NCBI GenBank assembly: GCA_964564415.1
Contig: CAZMAV010000009.1
Span: 80,341-144,340 of the forward strand
From: an uncultured Bacteroidia bacterium
Lineage (GTDB): Bacteria; Bacteroidota; Bacteroidia; J057
DNA: 64,000 bases
Direction of reading: 5' to 3'
The notes below the pieces were generated by a model, which saw only the letters and a list, made by a program, of their open reading frames with translations, was not told the DNA's origin and did no database searches. Numbering within the stretch: position 1 is the stretch's first letter; each line of letters begins with the position of its first letter. The position numbers and the translations under genes are program-made. Positions 7,248 to 16,635 of this stretch are shown here, in pieces.

Positions 7248-9149
7248 ATGGACCTCAATCTAACCTATGCTACTATGACAAAACTATTCAAGGGTCGTTT
7301 CCAAGGCCATAAGCTGGCTATCTTCCTTTTGGGAACGATGTTGCTGCCTCTTTTCGCCTCTGCCCAACTCGATCGGGTGGAGCCTCCCCACTGGTGGGTA
7401 GGGATGAACAACAGCCAGCTGCAGTTGCTGGTCAAGGGTGAAGGTATTTCCACCTACATCCCCAGGGTGAAAGGAGAAGGACTAAGCATCAGAAAGGCTA
7501 CACCCGGCGACAGCCCCAACTACTTGTTTATCGACCTGGATACCCGTGATGCTGAGCCTGGTACTTATCTTTTTTCCCTGCAAAAAAGCGGTGCCGAAGA
7601 TGTGGAGTTTGAATACGAACTCAAAGAAAGGGAAATGGAAGCGGAGGAATTTGTGGGCTTTAACTCTTCAGACGTCATTTACCTGATCACGCCAGATAGG
7701 TTCGCCAATGGAGATCCCAGCAATGACAAGAGCGACGGAATGAGGGAGACAAAGGTCAACCGCGACAAGGACTACTCCCGCCACGGAGGAGACATAAAGG
7801 GTATCATGGACCATCTGGAATATCTGGAAAATATGGGCTTTACCGCCGTATGGTCCAATCCCCTTCTGGAAAACGACATGCCAAAGCAATCATATCACGG
7901 ATATGCGATCACCGATTATTACAAGGTCGATCCCCGCTTTGGTACCAATGAAACCTATATTCAACTGGCTGAAATGATGAGGGACCGAGGCATGAAACTC
8001 GTTTTTGACGGTGTGGTCAATCATTGTGGAGCCGAACACTGGTGGATGGAGGACATGCCCTTCAATGATTGGGTAAATTATCCCAAAACCAAGACCAATA
8101 CCAACCACCGCAGGACGGTGAATCAGGATCCCTATGCCGCTGATATTGACAAAGAGCAAATGAACCAGGGCTGGTTTGTCAGTGCTATGCCCGACCTCAA
8201 TCAGCGCAATTCTTTTATGGCCACCTATTTGATTCAAAACAGCATTTGGTGGATAGAGACATTAAAATTGGGAGGGATACGCCAGGATACCTATCCCTAT
8301 CCGGACAAGGATTTTCTTTCGGAGTGGACCTGTCGCATCATGGACGAATACCCCAATTTCAGCATGGTCGGTGAGGAGTGGACCACCAACCCCCTGCTGG
8401 TTTCTTATTGGCAGGAAGGAAGCGGACTGGCGGACGGCTATCGTTCCTGTCTGAGTTCTACCATGGATTTTCCCATGCAAACCAACCTGAAGCAAGCCTT
8501 GACAGAAGAAGAAGGCTGGGAAAGTGGCCTGGTCAAGCTTTATGAAGGCCTGGCCAACGATTTTGCCTATGCTGAGCCCATGGATCTCATGGTTTTTGCC
8601 GATAACCACGACATGGATCGCATCCATACCCAAATGGGAAAAGATCCTGCCCTCACCAAAATGGCCATGGCCTACATCTTGACTGTCAGAGGCATACCCC
8701 AGGTTTATTACGGAACGGAGATTCTAATGGAAAATTCAGAAAAGCCCGGCGATCACGGCCTGATTCGGACGGACTTTCCCGGAGGATGGTCAGGAGATCA
8801 AACCAATGCCTTCGAAGAGGTCGGGCTGAAGGAAGAAGAGCAGGATATGCAGCAGTATATGCAGCGCATCCTGGAATGGAGAAAGGAAAATGAGGTCATT
8901 CATCGGGGCAGGACCAAGCATTTTGCCCCTCAGGATGGGATGTATGTCTATTTCCGCTACCTGGGTGAGGAAATGGTCATGGTAGTTCTCAACAAAAATG
9001 AGGAGGCAGTCGAATTCAGCCTTCAGCGATTCAGTGAAATCTTGCCGGAAGGTAGGGTAGGTCGCGACATCCAAACAGATCAGAGCTACAACCTTGAAGA
9101 ATCGATTGCCGTCCCCGGAAAAACAGCCATAATCCTAGATGTAGAATAA
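7248..9149 (+). CDS. Glycoside hydrolase family 13 (alpha-amylase / neopullulanase-like), secreted
   Basis: 633 aa. Signal peptide. 'DVIYLITPDRFANGDPSNDK', 'GGDIKGIMDHLEYLENMGFTAVWSNPL', 'YHGYAITDYYKVDPRFGT', 'KLVFDGVVNHCG' and 'DGIRQDTYPY' are GH13 conserved regions. Confidence 0.85.
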   Translation: MDLNLTYATMTKLFKGRFQGHKLAIFLLGTMLLPLFASAQLDRVEPPHWWVGMNNSQLQLLVKGEGISTYIPRVKGEGLSIRKATPGDSPNYLFIDLDTRDAEPGTYLFSLQKSGAEDVEFEYELKEREMEAEEFVGFNSSDVIYLITPDRFANGDPSNDKSDGMRETKVNRDKDYSRHGGDIKGIMDHLEYLENMGFTAVWSNPLLENDMPKQSYHGYAITDYYKVDPRFGTNETYIQLAEMMRDRGMKLVFDGVVNHCGAEHWWMEDMPFNDWVNYPKTKTNTNHRRTVNQDPYAADIDKEQMNQGWFVSAMPDLNQRNSFMATYLIQNSIWWIETLKLGGIRQDTYPYPDKDFLSEWTCRIMDEYPNFSMVGEEWTTNPLLVSYWQEGSGLADGYRSCLSSTMDFPMQTNLKQALTEEEGWESGLVKLYEGLANDFAYAEPMDLMVFADNHDMDRIHTQMGKDPALTKMAMAYILTVRGIPQVYYGTEILMENSEKPGDHGLIRTDFPGGWSGDQTNAFEEVGLKEEEQDMQQYMQRILEWRKENEVIHRGRTKHFAPQDGMYVYFRYLGEEMVMVVLNKNEEAVEFSLQRFSEILPEGRVGRDIQTDQSYNLEESIAVPGKTAIILDVE

Positions 9150-9224
9150 AAAAGTAGCCCGACGGGAAGAAACTGTCGGGCTTCATACCTTACCTAATCA
9201 TCATAAATTCCCAACGGCTAAATA

Positions 9225-11180
9225 TTACTCTTTAACAACGGGGGAAGATGTCAACATGTTCCCTTGGCTGATGCTCAGTATGTAGTAACCTCCACTTAAG
9301 GAATTTAAATCTAGTGGAATTTTATTTGAAATCAACACTTCAAATCGGGTTTCATACACTATTTGCCCCTCAAGGTTCCTTATTGCTACCTGAACCGGCT
9401 CATGACCCCTAAAGTTGTGGAGCATGACTTCTACCTTTCCACGGCTTGGATTAGGATAAACGTCTACATCTAGCGGGGTGTTGCCTCCTTCTGAAAATAG
9501 TTCGATCGTGTGGCTGTAAGAATAGCTCCCATCCCGGTCGATTTGAAGGAGGCGATAGCTTAACTTGGAAGAGCGAGGCGGGATGTGGTCCATAAACTCA
9601 TAATTGCTAACCTGCGAAGAGTAGCCCTGGGCCTCCTTGCTTCCAATTACCTCCCAGCTTTCGCCATCAGTGCTTCTTTCTATGCTAAAGGATTGGCTGT
9701 TGCGCTCCGAAGCAGTAGCCCAGGTCAGCCTTATGCCGGATTCCTCTCTTTTACCTTCAAAACTGAGCCATTCCACCGGAAAAGAAGGCTGGCTTTCGAA
9801 GGCTCCCAAATCCACCGTGTTACCCTGTACACGGGTATTTCCAGAGGGATCCTGTGGGTTGATTCCCGGGGCACTGGCTGTTCCGGCATCTATGGCGGGA
9901 GAACCGCTAGCGGGTGCATAGTTGTCATCTAAGGTACAGGTAATGTTGTCAGGCCCGGCAGCCTGGAAAAGGTTTGGGTCTGCATCCATATTTTGACCTG
10001 CATCGCTGACCGTAGCCTGCCAATTGGGACCACTTCCATTGCTGCCTTGAAGGATGCTGTAGGCGATCTCCATGTTCGAGACTTGATTGGTCTTATAGAC
10101 TTGAGAACTCAGGTGGGTTTCTCCGTTTTGGTCGTTGTTGGACCAAAAGATAGAATTATAGAGGTTGATGTTTGAAGACTGGGTCATGTAGAATCCCCCA
10201 TAATTGCGGCTGGCCCGATTGGAGTAGCAAGTGGAGTTTGTAAAATTGCAGGAAGAAAAATTAAGGGCGTAAAGTCCTCCCCCGTCCTGGTCTGATTCAT
10301 TGAAGGTCAAGGAAGTATTGACCATCGTAACTCCTGAAAAGCTGGAGGCATACATTCCGCCGCCTTGAAGGCTGGCGCGGTTTCCACATAGGACCACCCC
10401 TTCCACGTTAAGGTTGGACAGGGAATTGGCGTAAATTCCCCCGCCCCTTTGGCCTATGTTGTTGTAGGCAAATAAGTTTGAAAGCGTAAGAGAGCTCAGG
10501 CTTTGAAGATAATATCCTCCTCCGTCTCCCAACGCTTCATTGTCAAAGGCATAGATATTGGAAAATTCTCCCAGTGAGATACTAGACACGTGTAATCCCC
10601 CGCCCTTGCCGATCACATAGTTGTCTTTGATAATGAGATTTTTGAGGGTTACGTTGCTCATGCCGCTAATCTTAAGCCCTCCTCCGTCTCTATTGCTGTT
10701 GCTGTCTCCGTATCCATTTTGAATGGTAAAACCGTCCAGGTAGGTAGAAGGTCCATTTCCCAAGAAGATGACCTCCCATACATTATCCGTGGGATCTCCC
10801 GCTGTCCCTATATCTCCGTCCAGCAGTGTCGAGTTGTTTTGCCAATTCCGCTGCCCCAGGTTGCTTTCGGTACCGGCAAAACCTCCAAAGATGTGTACAG
10901 GTTTGGGACAAAAGAATTTCCAGTCCCTGGAGTTGCCCTGTCCGGGCTGGCCGTAGGCCCTTCGATCCGGATAGTAGGTGCCGGCCTTGACCCAAAGGGT
11001 ATCATTGCCGCTCCAAGAACTTGTTTCCAGGGCATCCTGTAGATTCGTATAAGCATCAGTCCAGGAACTCCCGTCATTATTGCCACTCGCATCCTGCGCC
11101 ACATAAATGAGGCGGGCAAAGGAGAAATTCAGAAGTAAAAGAATAAAACTTGTGGTAAGAATTTTTTTCATGTTTGACAC
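9225..11180 (-). CDS. Secreted right-handed beta-helix repeat protein with a T9SS C-terminal sorting domain
   Basis: 651 aa. Signal peptide. Repeated 'GGGLHVSS / GGGYYLQS / GGGIYANS / GGGMYASS / GGGLYALN' beta-helix turns. The C-terminal ~80 aa ('VYPNPSRGKVEV...GGYYILSISQGNMLTSSPVVKE') matches a Por/T9SS sorting domain. Confidence 0.7.
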   Translation of the reverse strand: MSNMKKILTTSFILLLLNFSFARLIYVAQDASGNNDGSSWTDAYTNLQDALETSSWSGNDTLWVKAGTYYPDRRAYGQPGQGNSRDWKFFCPKPVHIFGGFAGTESNLGQRNWQNNSTLLDGDIGTAGDPTDNVWEVIFLGNGPSTYLDGFTIQNGYGDSNSNRDGGGLKISGMSNVTLKNLIIKDNYVIGKGGGLHVSSISLGEFSNIYAFDNEALGDGGGYYLQSLSSLTLSNLFAYNNIGQRGGGIYANSLSNLNVEGVVLCGNRASLQGGGMYASSFSGVTMVNTSLTFNESDQDGGGLYALNFSSCNFTNSTCYSNRASRNYGGFYMTQSSNINLYNSIFWSNNDQNGETHLSSQVYKTNQVSNMEIAYSILQGSNGSGPNWQATVSDAGQNMDADPNLFQAAGPDNITCTLDDNYAPASGSPAIDAGTASAPGINPQDPSGNTRVQGNTVDLGAFESQPSFPVEWLSFEGKREESGIRLTWATASERNSQSFSIERSTDGESWEVIGSKEAQGYSSQVSNYEFMDHIPPRSSKLSYRLLQIDRDGSYSYSHTIELFSEGGNTPLDVDVYPNPSRGKVEVMLHNFRGHEPVQVAIRNLEGQIVYETRFEVLISNKIPLDLNSLSGGYYILSISQGNMLTSSPVVKE

Positions 11181-11446
11181 TGTATCTGATTGTTCAATTG
11201 TTAGTCTAAGCTACATGTTATATTTATTTAAAAATTGTATTATTCTCCGAGTGTAGTAAAATACAGGTCCACCGGTTGACATTTTGCGATAAATGGAATT
11301 TCGGTAGTATGCCTTCCTGGCCCGATAAGGGCAAGGATTCTGAAATTATGCCAGGGACAGACCCTGGAGGTGATACACTTACTGGAAATTAGGAAGAAAG
11401 AAAATACTAGATTTTTCCTGTTTCATGTCTATTTGTAGAAGACAGA

Positions 11447-12310
11447 TCAATCCATGGAGAGGATCAGGTTTAGGGTATCTTCGGGTTGGCGGGCCCAGTC
11501 AAAGTGCCCAAATCCCTGGAGGGAGTGGAAATCTATTCTGCTATCTGGGTGAAATTTATGGGCCAGTTGGCGGGCTGCCTTTGGAGAGACCCAGTAGTCT
11601 TTTTCAAAGGTAATGACCCTTACATCTGTTTTCCGGCTGGCCATGGCCCCTTCGTAGTCATAGGTCGATTCTAGGGGATGGTATTCTCCTTTTTTGGTAT
11701 TGTGTCCCCAGTCTTTCATCAGGGTCTTGAATTCCCGGCCTCCAAAACCAACTTTATCCCCGGGATAATATCCCAATATTTCCGCCAGCAGTGGGAGGAA
11801 GATACCGGCCATCCTTACCCGCCAGCCAAAACCATGGGGCCAGTTTTTGTAAGACAAGGCAGCAGCAGCCACAAGGAGGAGGCGATCGATTTTGCTACCA
11901 AAACGGCCAATGTGCAGGCTGGCGATCTGTCCGCCTAAACTGTGGCCCAGCAAGCTCAACCTCAGTCCGGGCCATTTTTCCTTTACCCTGTCTATGACCT
12001 CGTCCATGTCATGCACATAGGTGTCGTATCCATAATCCAGCCCCCGGCGAGGCCTTTCGGAAGATTCGCCATGTCCCCTCCAATCGCAGCTGATTACAGT
12101 GATAGGTGCAGAAGTGCTCAGGCCCTCGGCCAATCGACGATAGTAGGTCTGCCTGACACCCAAAGCAGGAAAGATGAGGATCAATTCTTTGGGCTCCTCC
12201 GAAGAAGGATAAATATAAAGGCTGTTTTGGCTACCATCGCGGTAAGTGAAGGCTTCTTGAATCATGAAAGGCTTTTGGGCAAAATAAAAAAACTCCGCCC
12301 AATTCTTCAC
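11447..12310 (-). CDS. Alpha/beta hydrolase fold protein
   Basis: 287 aa. 'LLGHSLGGQIA' is a GxSxG nucleophile elbow, with a downstream His-containing motif. Confidence 0.7.
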   Translation of the reverse strand: MKNWAEFFYFAQKPFMIQEAFTYRDGSQNSLYIYPSSEEPKELILIFPALGVRQTYYRRLAEGLSTSAPITVISCDWRGHGESSERPRRGLDYGYDTYVHDMDEVIDRVKEKWPGLRLSLLGHSLGGQIASLHIGRFGSKIDRLLLVAAAALSYKNWPHGFGWRVRMAGIFLPLLAEILGYYPGDKVGFGGREFKTLMKDWGHNTKKGEYHPLESTYDYEGAMASRKTDVRVITFEKDYWVSPKAARQLAHKFHPDSRIDFHSLQGFGHFDWARQPEDTLNLILSMD

Positions 12311-12347
12311 CCTTTATCCTCAAGAAGCCCCTGAAAACGGTTCCGAA

Positions 12348-12595
12348 TTAGAGATCACCAAACACCCATACAGAAAAGGAAGGGGCGGCAGCTATGATCT
12401 TTCCCCTGAAGGCATAGCCCCCATAGACCGAAACTCCGATCTTGTCGCTGAGGTAGTAGGCAGCCTCCAGCCTTAGCATTTGATTGAATTCCCCATCGCC
12501 AGTCTGAAGGTTTTTTTATCGCCGGCAGCAGGATTGCCAAGAGGGAGCCCCGGGATGACAGAGAGAGACAAGGGGATTTTAGCTGCTTTCTTCAT
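12348..12595 (-). pseudogene. Small outer-membrane beta-barrel protein gene interrupted by a 1-nt indel in an A7 run (coding strand)
   Basis: Minus strand: the N-terminus 'MKKAAKIPLSLSVIPGLPLGNPAAGDKK' reads in one frame. After the homopolymer at 12511-12517 the ORF continues in another frame as '...TGDGEFNQMLRLEAAYYLSDKIGVSVYGGYAFRGKIIAAAPSFSVWVFGDL'. An A8 run would restore a continuous 82-aa ORF. Confidence 0.45.
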
Positions 12596-12874
12596 GATCA
12601 AAAGTATTTGATAAGGCTGTGGTAGAAATAAAGTATCACAAGAATATCACAGCAGCCTCCGGCAAATGGCAGATGGGCGACCCTAGGGCTGATTCATTAG
12701 AATGGCAGATGATGACAGTTTTTTACGAATCAAAACGGGAGGAGCTGAGGTTTACCATACATCCATTTATTCACCTTTAACTCCAATTTGACATGAAAGC
12801 AATTACCCTGAGTCTTATGCTGAACCTGGCTACCCAGCACGAGACTTGAAAGGGATTCTTTTAGGGTCTTGGCT

Positions 12875-13750
12875 TTATTCTTTGATCAATCTCCAGGTTT
12901 TCTGGTACTCGTTTTGGCTTTCCCTGACTTGGAGGTGATAGATGCCTCGGGGCAGGTCTGATATGTCGATCTGTCTTTCTTTACCATTGAAAGCCAGATT
13001 TTTGATCTTTCGACCCTGAAGATCCAGGAGGCTCAGGTTCCAGTTACCTTCAAAAGGCATTTGGATGTTGACAAGCGTAGAACTGGGGTTGGGGTAGAGG
13101 AGGGGGGTGGCAGGTATGCCTTCTTGGGCTTCTATGTCTTGACCGGCTTTTTCTGTTTCTCCCAGTTTTATGATAGCTAGCTTATGGCTCTTGCGGATGA
13201 TTTTTTTCCAAAGCCTCAGAGTCTTGCGCTCGTTGGCGTCCACTTCGTAGACATCCTGAGTATAGGAGGTACTTCCTTCCTCCTGAATTTCTCTTTTGGA
13301 CTCACGGATCAAGCCTACCTTGCCCTCTTTGATCCACTTTTTCCAATACTCATCATAGTCCTTGGTGTAGAGGGCCGAAATCAAGTTTTTGCTGCTTCCA
13401 TTGCCCAATTTGAAGGCTTCTATCCTCCATTTTCCACTTTTTGGGTCTTGCTTTTGAAGAAAATAATGGCTTCCCCTCTGGTGAATTTCTCCCTGAAAAA
13501 GAATGTGATCCTTAACATCGGTCTGAGAAGAGTAGACGATAAACTGATGGGGAAGTAGGCGGTGGAAGTCCAGGGTGTCGCTGACGACTTCTCCATTTTC
13601 ATCTTCAAAGGACCATAAATAGCGTCCCTGGAGAGAAATGGGATCACTGCCTTCTATTTTTTGATTGAAGAGGATAAGATCACCACAGGCAGAAAGAAAA
13701 ATTGCTGCCAGGCTAAGTAGGAGGATAATGGGTGTACGCATGAATGACAA
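12875..13750 (-). CDS. Secreted protein (lipoprotein-type signal peptide) with a T9SS C-terminal sorting domain
   Basis: 291 aa. Signal 'IILLLSLAAIFLSAC'. The C-terminus 'LLYPNPSSTLVNIQMPFEGNWNLSLLDLQGRKIKNL...RGIYHLQVRE' is a T9SS sorting domain. Confidence 0.6.
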   Translation of the reverse strand: MSFMRTPIILLLSLAAIFLSACGDLILFNQKIEGSDPISLQGRYLWSFEDENGEVVSDTLDFHRLLPHQFIVYSSQTDVKDHILFQGEIHQRGSHYFLQKQDPKSGKWRIEAFKLGNGSSKNLISALYTKDYDEYWKKWIKEGKVGLIRESKREIQEEGSTSYTQDVYEVDANERKTLRLWKKIIRKSHKLAIIKLGETEKAGQDIEAQEGIPATPLLYPNPSSTLVNIQMPFEGNWNLSLLDLQGRKIKNLAFNGKERQIDISDLPRGIYHLQVRESQNEYQKTWRLIKE

Positions 13751-14133
13751 GAGTTAAGTTCTTACAATATACCAGGGTTTTTTTAAATTCAGTAAACCCC
13801 AAAAGGCCAATTCTTGACCTTATTCGAATATACCTAGCTTTGGTCCAGATGAAAAAGGGTTAAAATTGCAGGCAGAGAATTCGACTTCTGAGGGGGAAAA
13901 GCTGCGGCCATTGCGCTATTATTTGGAGGGAATAGTGATTACCCCGAATGCATGCTTCAAGCGCTGCTGGAATTCCCATGAATAACTTGTGTTCAACTTT
14001 AAGAGCCCTATTAGTTTTTTCGTACAAAATTGATTTGTGATAAGCATTAATTTTTGGGCGATTATTAAACCCGGGAGTAGAAGGGAAGTCTAAGGGGTAA
14101 TTAGACAGTTATCAAATAACAAGAAACAAAAAA

Positions 14134-14562
14134 ATGAAACTTTTTCAGCAAAAATCCCTTACTCTTTTTCTTCTTTTCTCTCTTCTAGCATCCCTGTCTG
14201 TGGGTTCGGCGCCCCTGCTCCCGCCCTCCCAATCTTTTCTCCGCTGGGAAATGCTGGGAGCCCGCAAGATCAAGTACCGGGTCGAAAGAGACGAAATCTT
14301 GGTTACTGCCCGTGAGGGAGGTTTTACTGCCGTGAAGCTCAAGTTTCTACATGCCCCTGTCAATATGCGTAGGATGACTATTCACTTTAGAAATGGAGAT
14401 ACACAGGAGGTCGTGTTAAAAAATAATTTTGTCCCTGGGGGCGAATCCCGTGTGATTGACCTCAAAGGGGGGAAGCGGGTGATCAGAAAAGTGGTGTTTT
14501 GGTATGATTCTAAAAACAGAGCAGCACGAAGAGCCACGATTCAGTTGTGGGGTAGACACTGA
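14134..14562 (+). CDS. Hypothetical secreted protein
   Basis: 142 aa with an N-terminal signal peptide 'LTLFLLFSLLASLSVGSA'. Confidence 0.5.
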   Translation: MKLFQQKSLTLFLLFSLLASLSVGSAPLLPPSQSFLRWEMLGARKIKYRVERDEILVTAREGGFTAVKLKFLHAPVNMRRMTIHFRNGDTQEVVLKNNFVPGGESRVIDLKGGKRVIRKVVFWYDSKNRAARRATIQLWGRH

Positions 14563-14630
14563 TTCATGGATGTGCAGACGTATTCATGGGGTGGGGCACC
14601 TTTTTGGGGTGCCCCTATTTATGTCTGAGA

Positions 14631-15155
14631 TTATGAGTTGGCTTTTTCGGCACGAACTTTCAGGGCTTCATTCATGGCCTCGAAATTTCTCAGGGTCTCC
14701 TCTCCGATCCGCTTCATGATGCTTTTGCTAAGCAACCCTGAAAATGACTCTCCATGAATGAGGCGGCAGCGGTCCTGGCCAAGGTCCTCCAGTCGAAAGG
14801 AGTGCTTTCCTTTGAAGAGGCCCAGGGGAAGGGAGCCTCGCCATTCGAAGCTTTGGCCCCCCTCAAGTTCGGTTACCACAGGAGAAAAGACCTGTACCCG
14901 TGCCTCCGTCTGCATGTGGGTTTTGAGTCGCTCTCCCACTTCGAGTTTTCCTTCGATTTTTATGATAAAGGGGTTCCATTCTCCATAAGCCCGAAAGTCG
15001 GTGAGGATGTCCCAGACTACTGCCTGGCTGGCTTGGATCAGGATTTCTGTCTGGATTGTGGGGAAACTGTCTTGAGTGGCAGGCTTTCTAGATTTTTCGC
15101 TTAGGGCAGTCATAGGTATGTAATTTAGCTTTTTGGAAAAAGATTTTACTTCCAT
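14631..15155 (-). CDS. SRPBCC (START / polyketide-cyclase-like) family protein
   Basis: 'IQASQAVVWDILTDFRAYGEWNPFI' is a typical SRPBCC N-terminal signature. Confidence 0.6.
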   Translation of the reverse strand: MEVKSFSKKLNYIPMTALSEKSRKPATQDSFPTIQTEILIQASQAVVWDILTDFRAYGEWNPFIIKIEGKLEVGERLKTHMQTEARVQVFSPVVTELEGGQSFEWRGSLPLGLFKGKHSFRLEDLGQDRCRLIHGESFSGLLSKSIMKRIGEETLRNFEAMNEALKVRAEKANS

Positions 15156-15201
15156 TTGACTGCAAGAAAGGGGACCGAAGCGGCTATTCTGTTTACAATT
15201 G

Positions 15202-15798
15202 TTAACTTCTTCCTGAAATTCTACTGCGAATTCGGCTTAGGGAAACCGGGGTAATTCCCAGGTAGGTTGCCAGGACTTTCTGGGGAATGCGTCCTATGAG
15301 GTCTGGCCGGGTTTTCAGCATTGAGGTATATCGGTCTTCGGGCTTGTGGATGATAAGGGAGGCCAGGACCTTCTGGGCGTTGCTCATCCGCGCCTGACCG
15401 ATTTTACGGACCAGTTCCTGGGTCTTAGGAATGCGCTGGTACAATTCTTCCAGGTCGTCATACTTTAGGGCTAGCACCTTTCCATCTTCCAGGCTTTCCA
15501 GTACCTGAAAGGAGGGGCTTTGGGTGAAAAAACTCTCGTGGGAAGTGGCAAAAAGACCCTCATCAAAGATAAAGCCTGTAATTTCCTGACCCTCTTCGGT
15601 AAGGTAAAAAAAGCGGATCAGGCCCTGGAGGATAAAATAAGTCTCCTGACAGACCTCGGCCAACTCGACCAGGATTTGCCCCTTTTTTATTTGTCGAAGC
15701 TCCATTTTGGAGGCAAAGAGTGCCTGTTCCTCAGGAGTAAAGGAGACAAATTGCTCGATGTATTGCCACAGGGGATCAAAGGTGGAAGTCTTGGACAT
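15202..15798 (-). CDS. Crp/Fnr family transcriptional regulator
   Basis: 198 aa. cNMP-binding-like N-terminal domain and a C-terminal helix-turn-helix 'RIPQKVLATYLGITPVSLSRIRSRI'. Confidence 0.75.
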   Translation of the reverse strand: MSKTSTFDPLWQYIEQFVSFTPEEQALFASKMELRQIKKGQILVELAEVCQETYFILQGLIRFFYLTEEGQEITGFIFDEGLFATSHESFFTQSPSFQVLESLEDGKVLALKYDDLEELYQRIPKTQELVRKIGQARMSNAQKVLASLIIHKPEDRYTSMLKTRPDLIGRIPQKVLATYLGITPVSLSRIRSRISGRS

Positions 15799-15932
15799 CT
15801 CAAAAGGCTTTTGAGGAATTATCGTGAAAAAATAAAGTTAATCAAAGGGAAATGGGTAAAGTGCTGCCGGACTTATCAAACACGATTTGTTTACAGTGAT
15901 TGTTACGAATTATTTTTTGCGATACAATACAC

Positions 15933-15988
15933 AGTGCTCTTGGGGCTGGAAACAAATTATTTGTGATAGCCTCAGCAGGGCTTCAGGC
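15933..15988. repeat. Copy A of a ~55-bp diverged direct repeat (agtgctcttggg...aacaaatta...gatag.c...agggctt.agc)
   Basis: About 75% identical to 18183-18237. It lies in the divergent intergenic region upstream of the O-antigen-ligase-like gene. Confidence 0.5.
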
Positions 15989-16635
15989 ATTTATTTTTGA
16001 CAATCACCTATCACAAAAAAATATTGGTGACAGGCTCATTTTTCAGTCAATGATCCCTGCCTTGGTCATTGCAATAGGAGAAAAGTCCAGTATGTAAATT
16101 TATTTCAATCGGAGTTCGCTTGCCATGGGCATTTGACTTTTAGGGAGAATTTTTTGCCTTGACCACTCATCCCCGTATAGAATCTGTTGATCCTTCTAAT
16201 TCCACCACTGTGCTCTGAGGGGCTAGGGGAGAGGCTTCATTTGGTTATTTATGTATTGTCAAAACGGATCACTATCAACAACAGATATACTTTTCATGAA
16301 TCATTATACTCCCAAAAAGCGCGATTACGTCCTTAGCTCTTCTGAGCGTATCCATGAAAAAATCGTACTGGGCATCTGTCTTTGTGTATGTCTGAGCTTT
16401 TTTGTCAAGATTGTTTTATTCTAATATCCCACACTACTATGGTAATCAAGTGGCCAAATCTTTTCGCATAAAAAAAATTACTAGTTTAGGGCTTGATTGT
16501 CTTCGATGACGCTGTCGGGCTTCCTTGCTTTCTTTACAAAGGGTAAAAATAGCTTTGCGCATCGTCGATCGGATGGCAGTTGTTTTTACCCTTTTTTCAT
16601 GCGCTGAGCATGGTATCAGCAGACCTTTTCCTATG

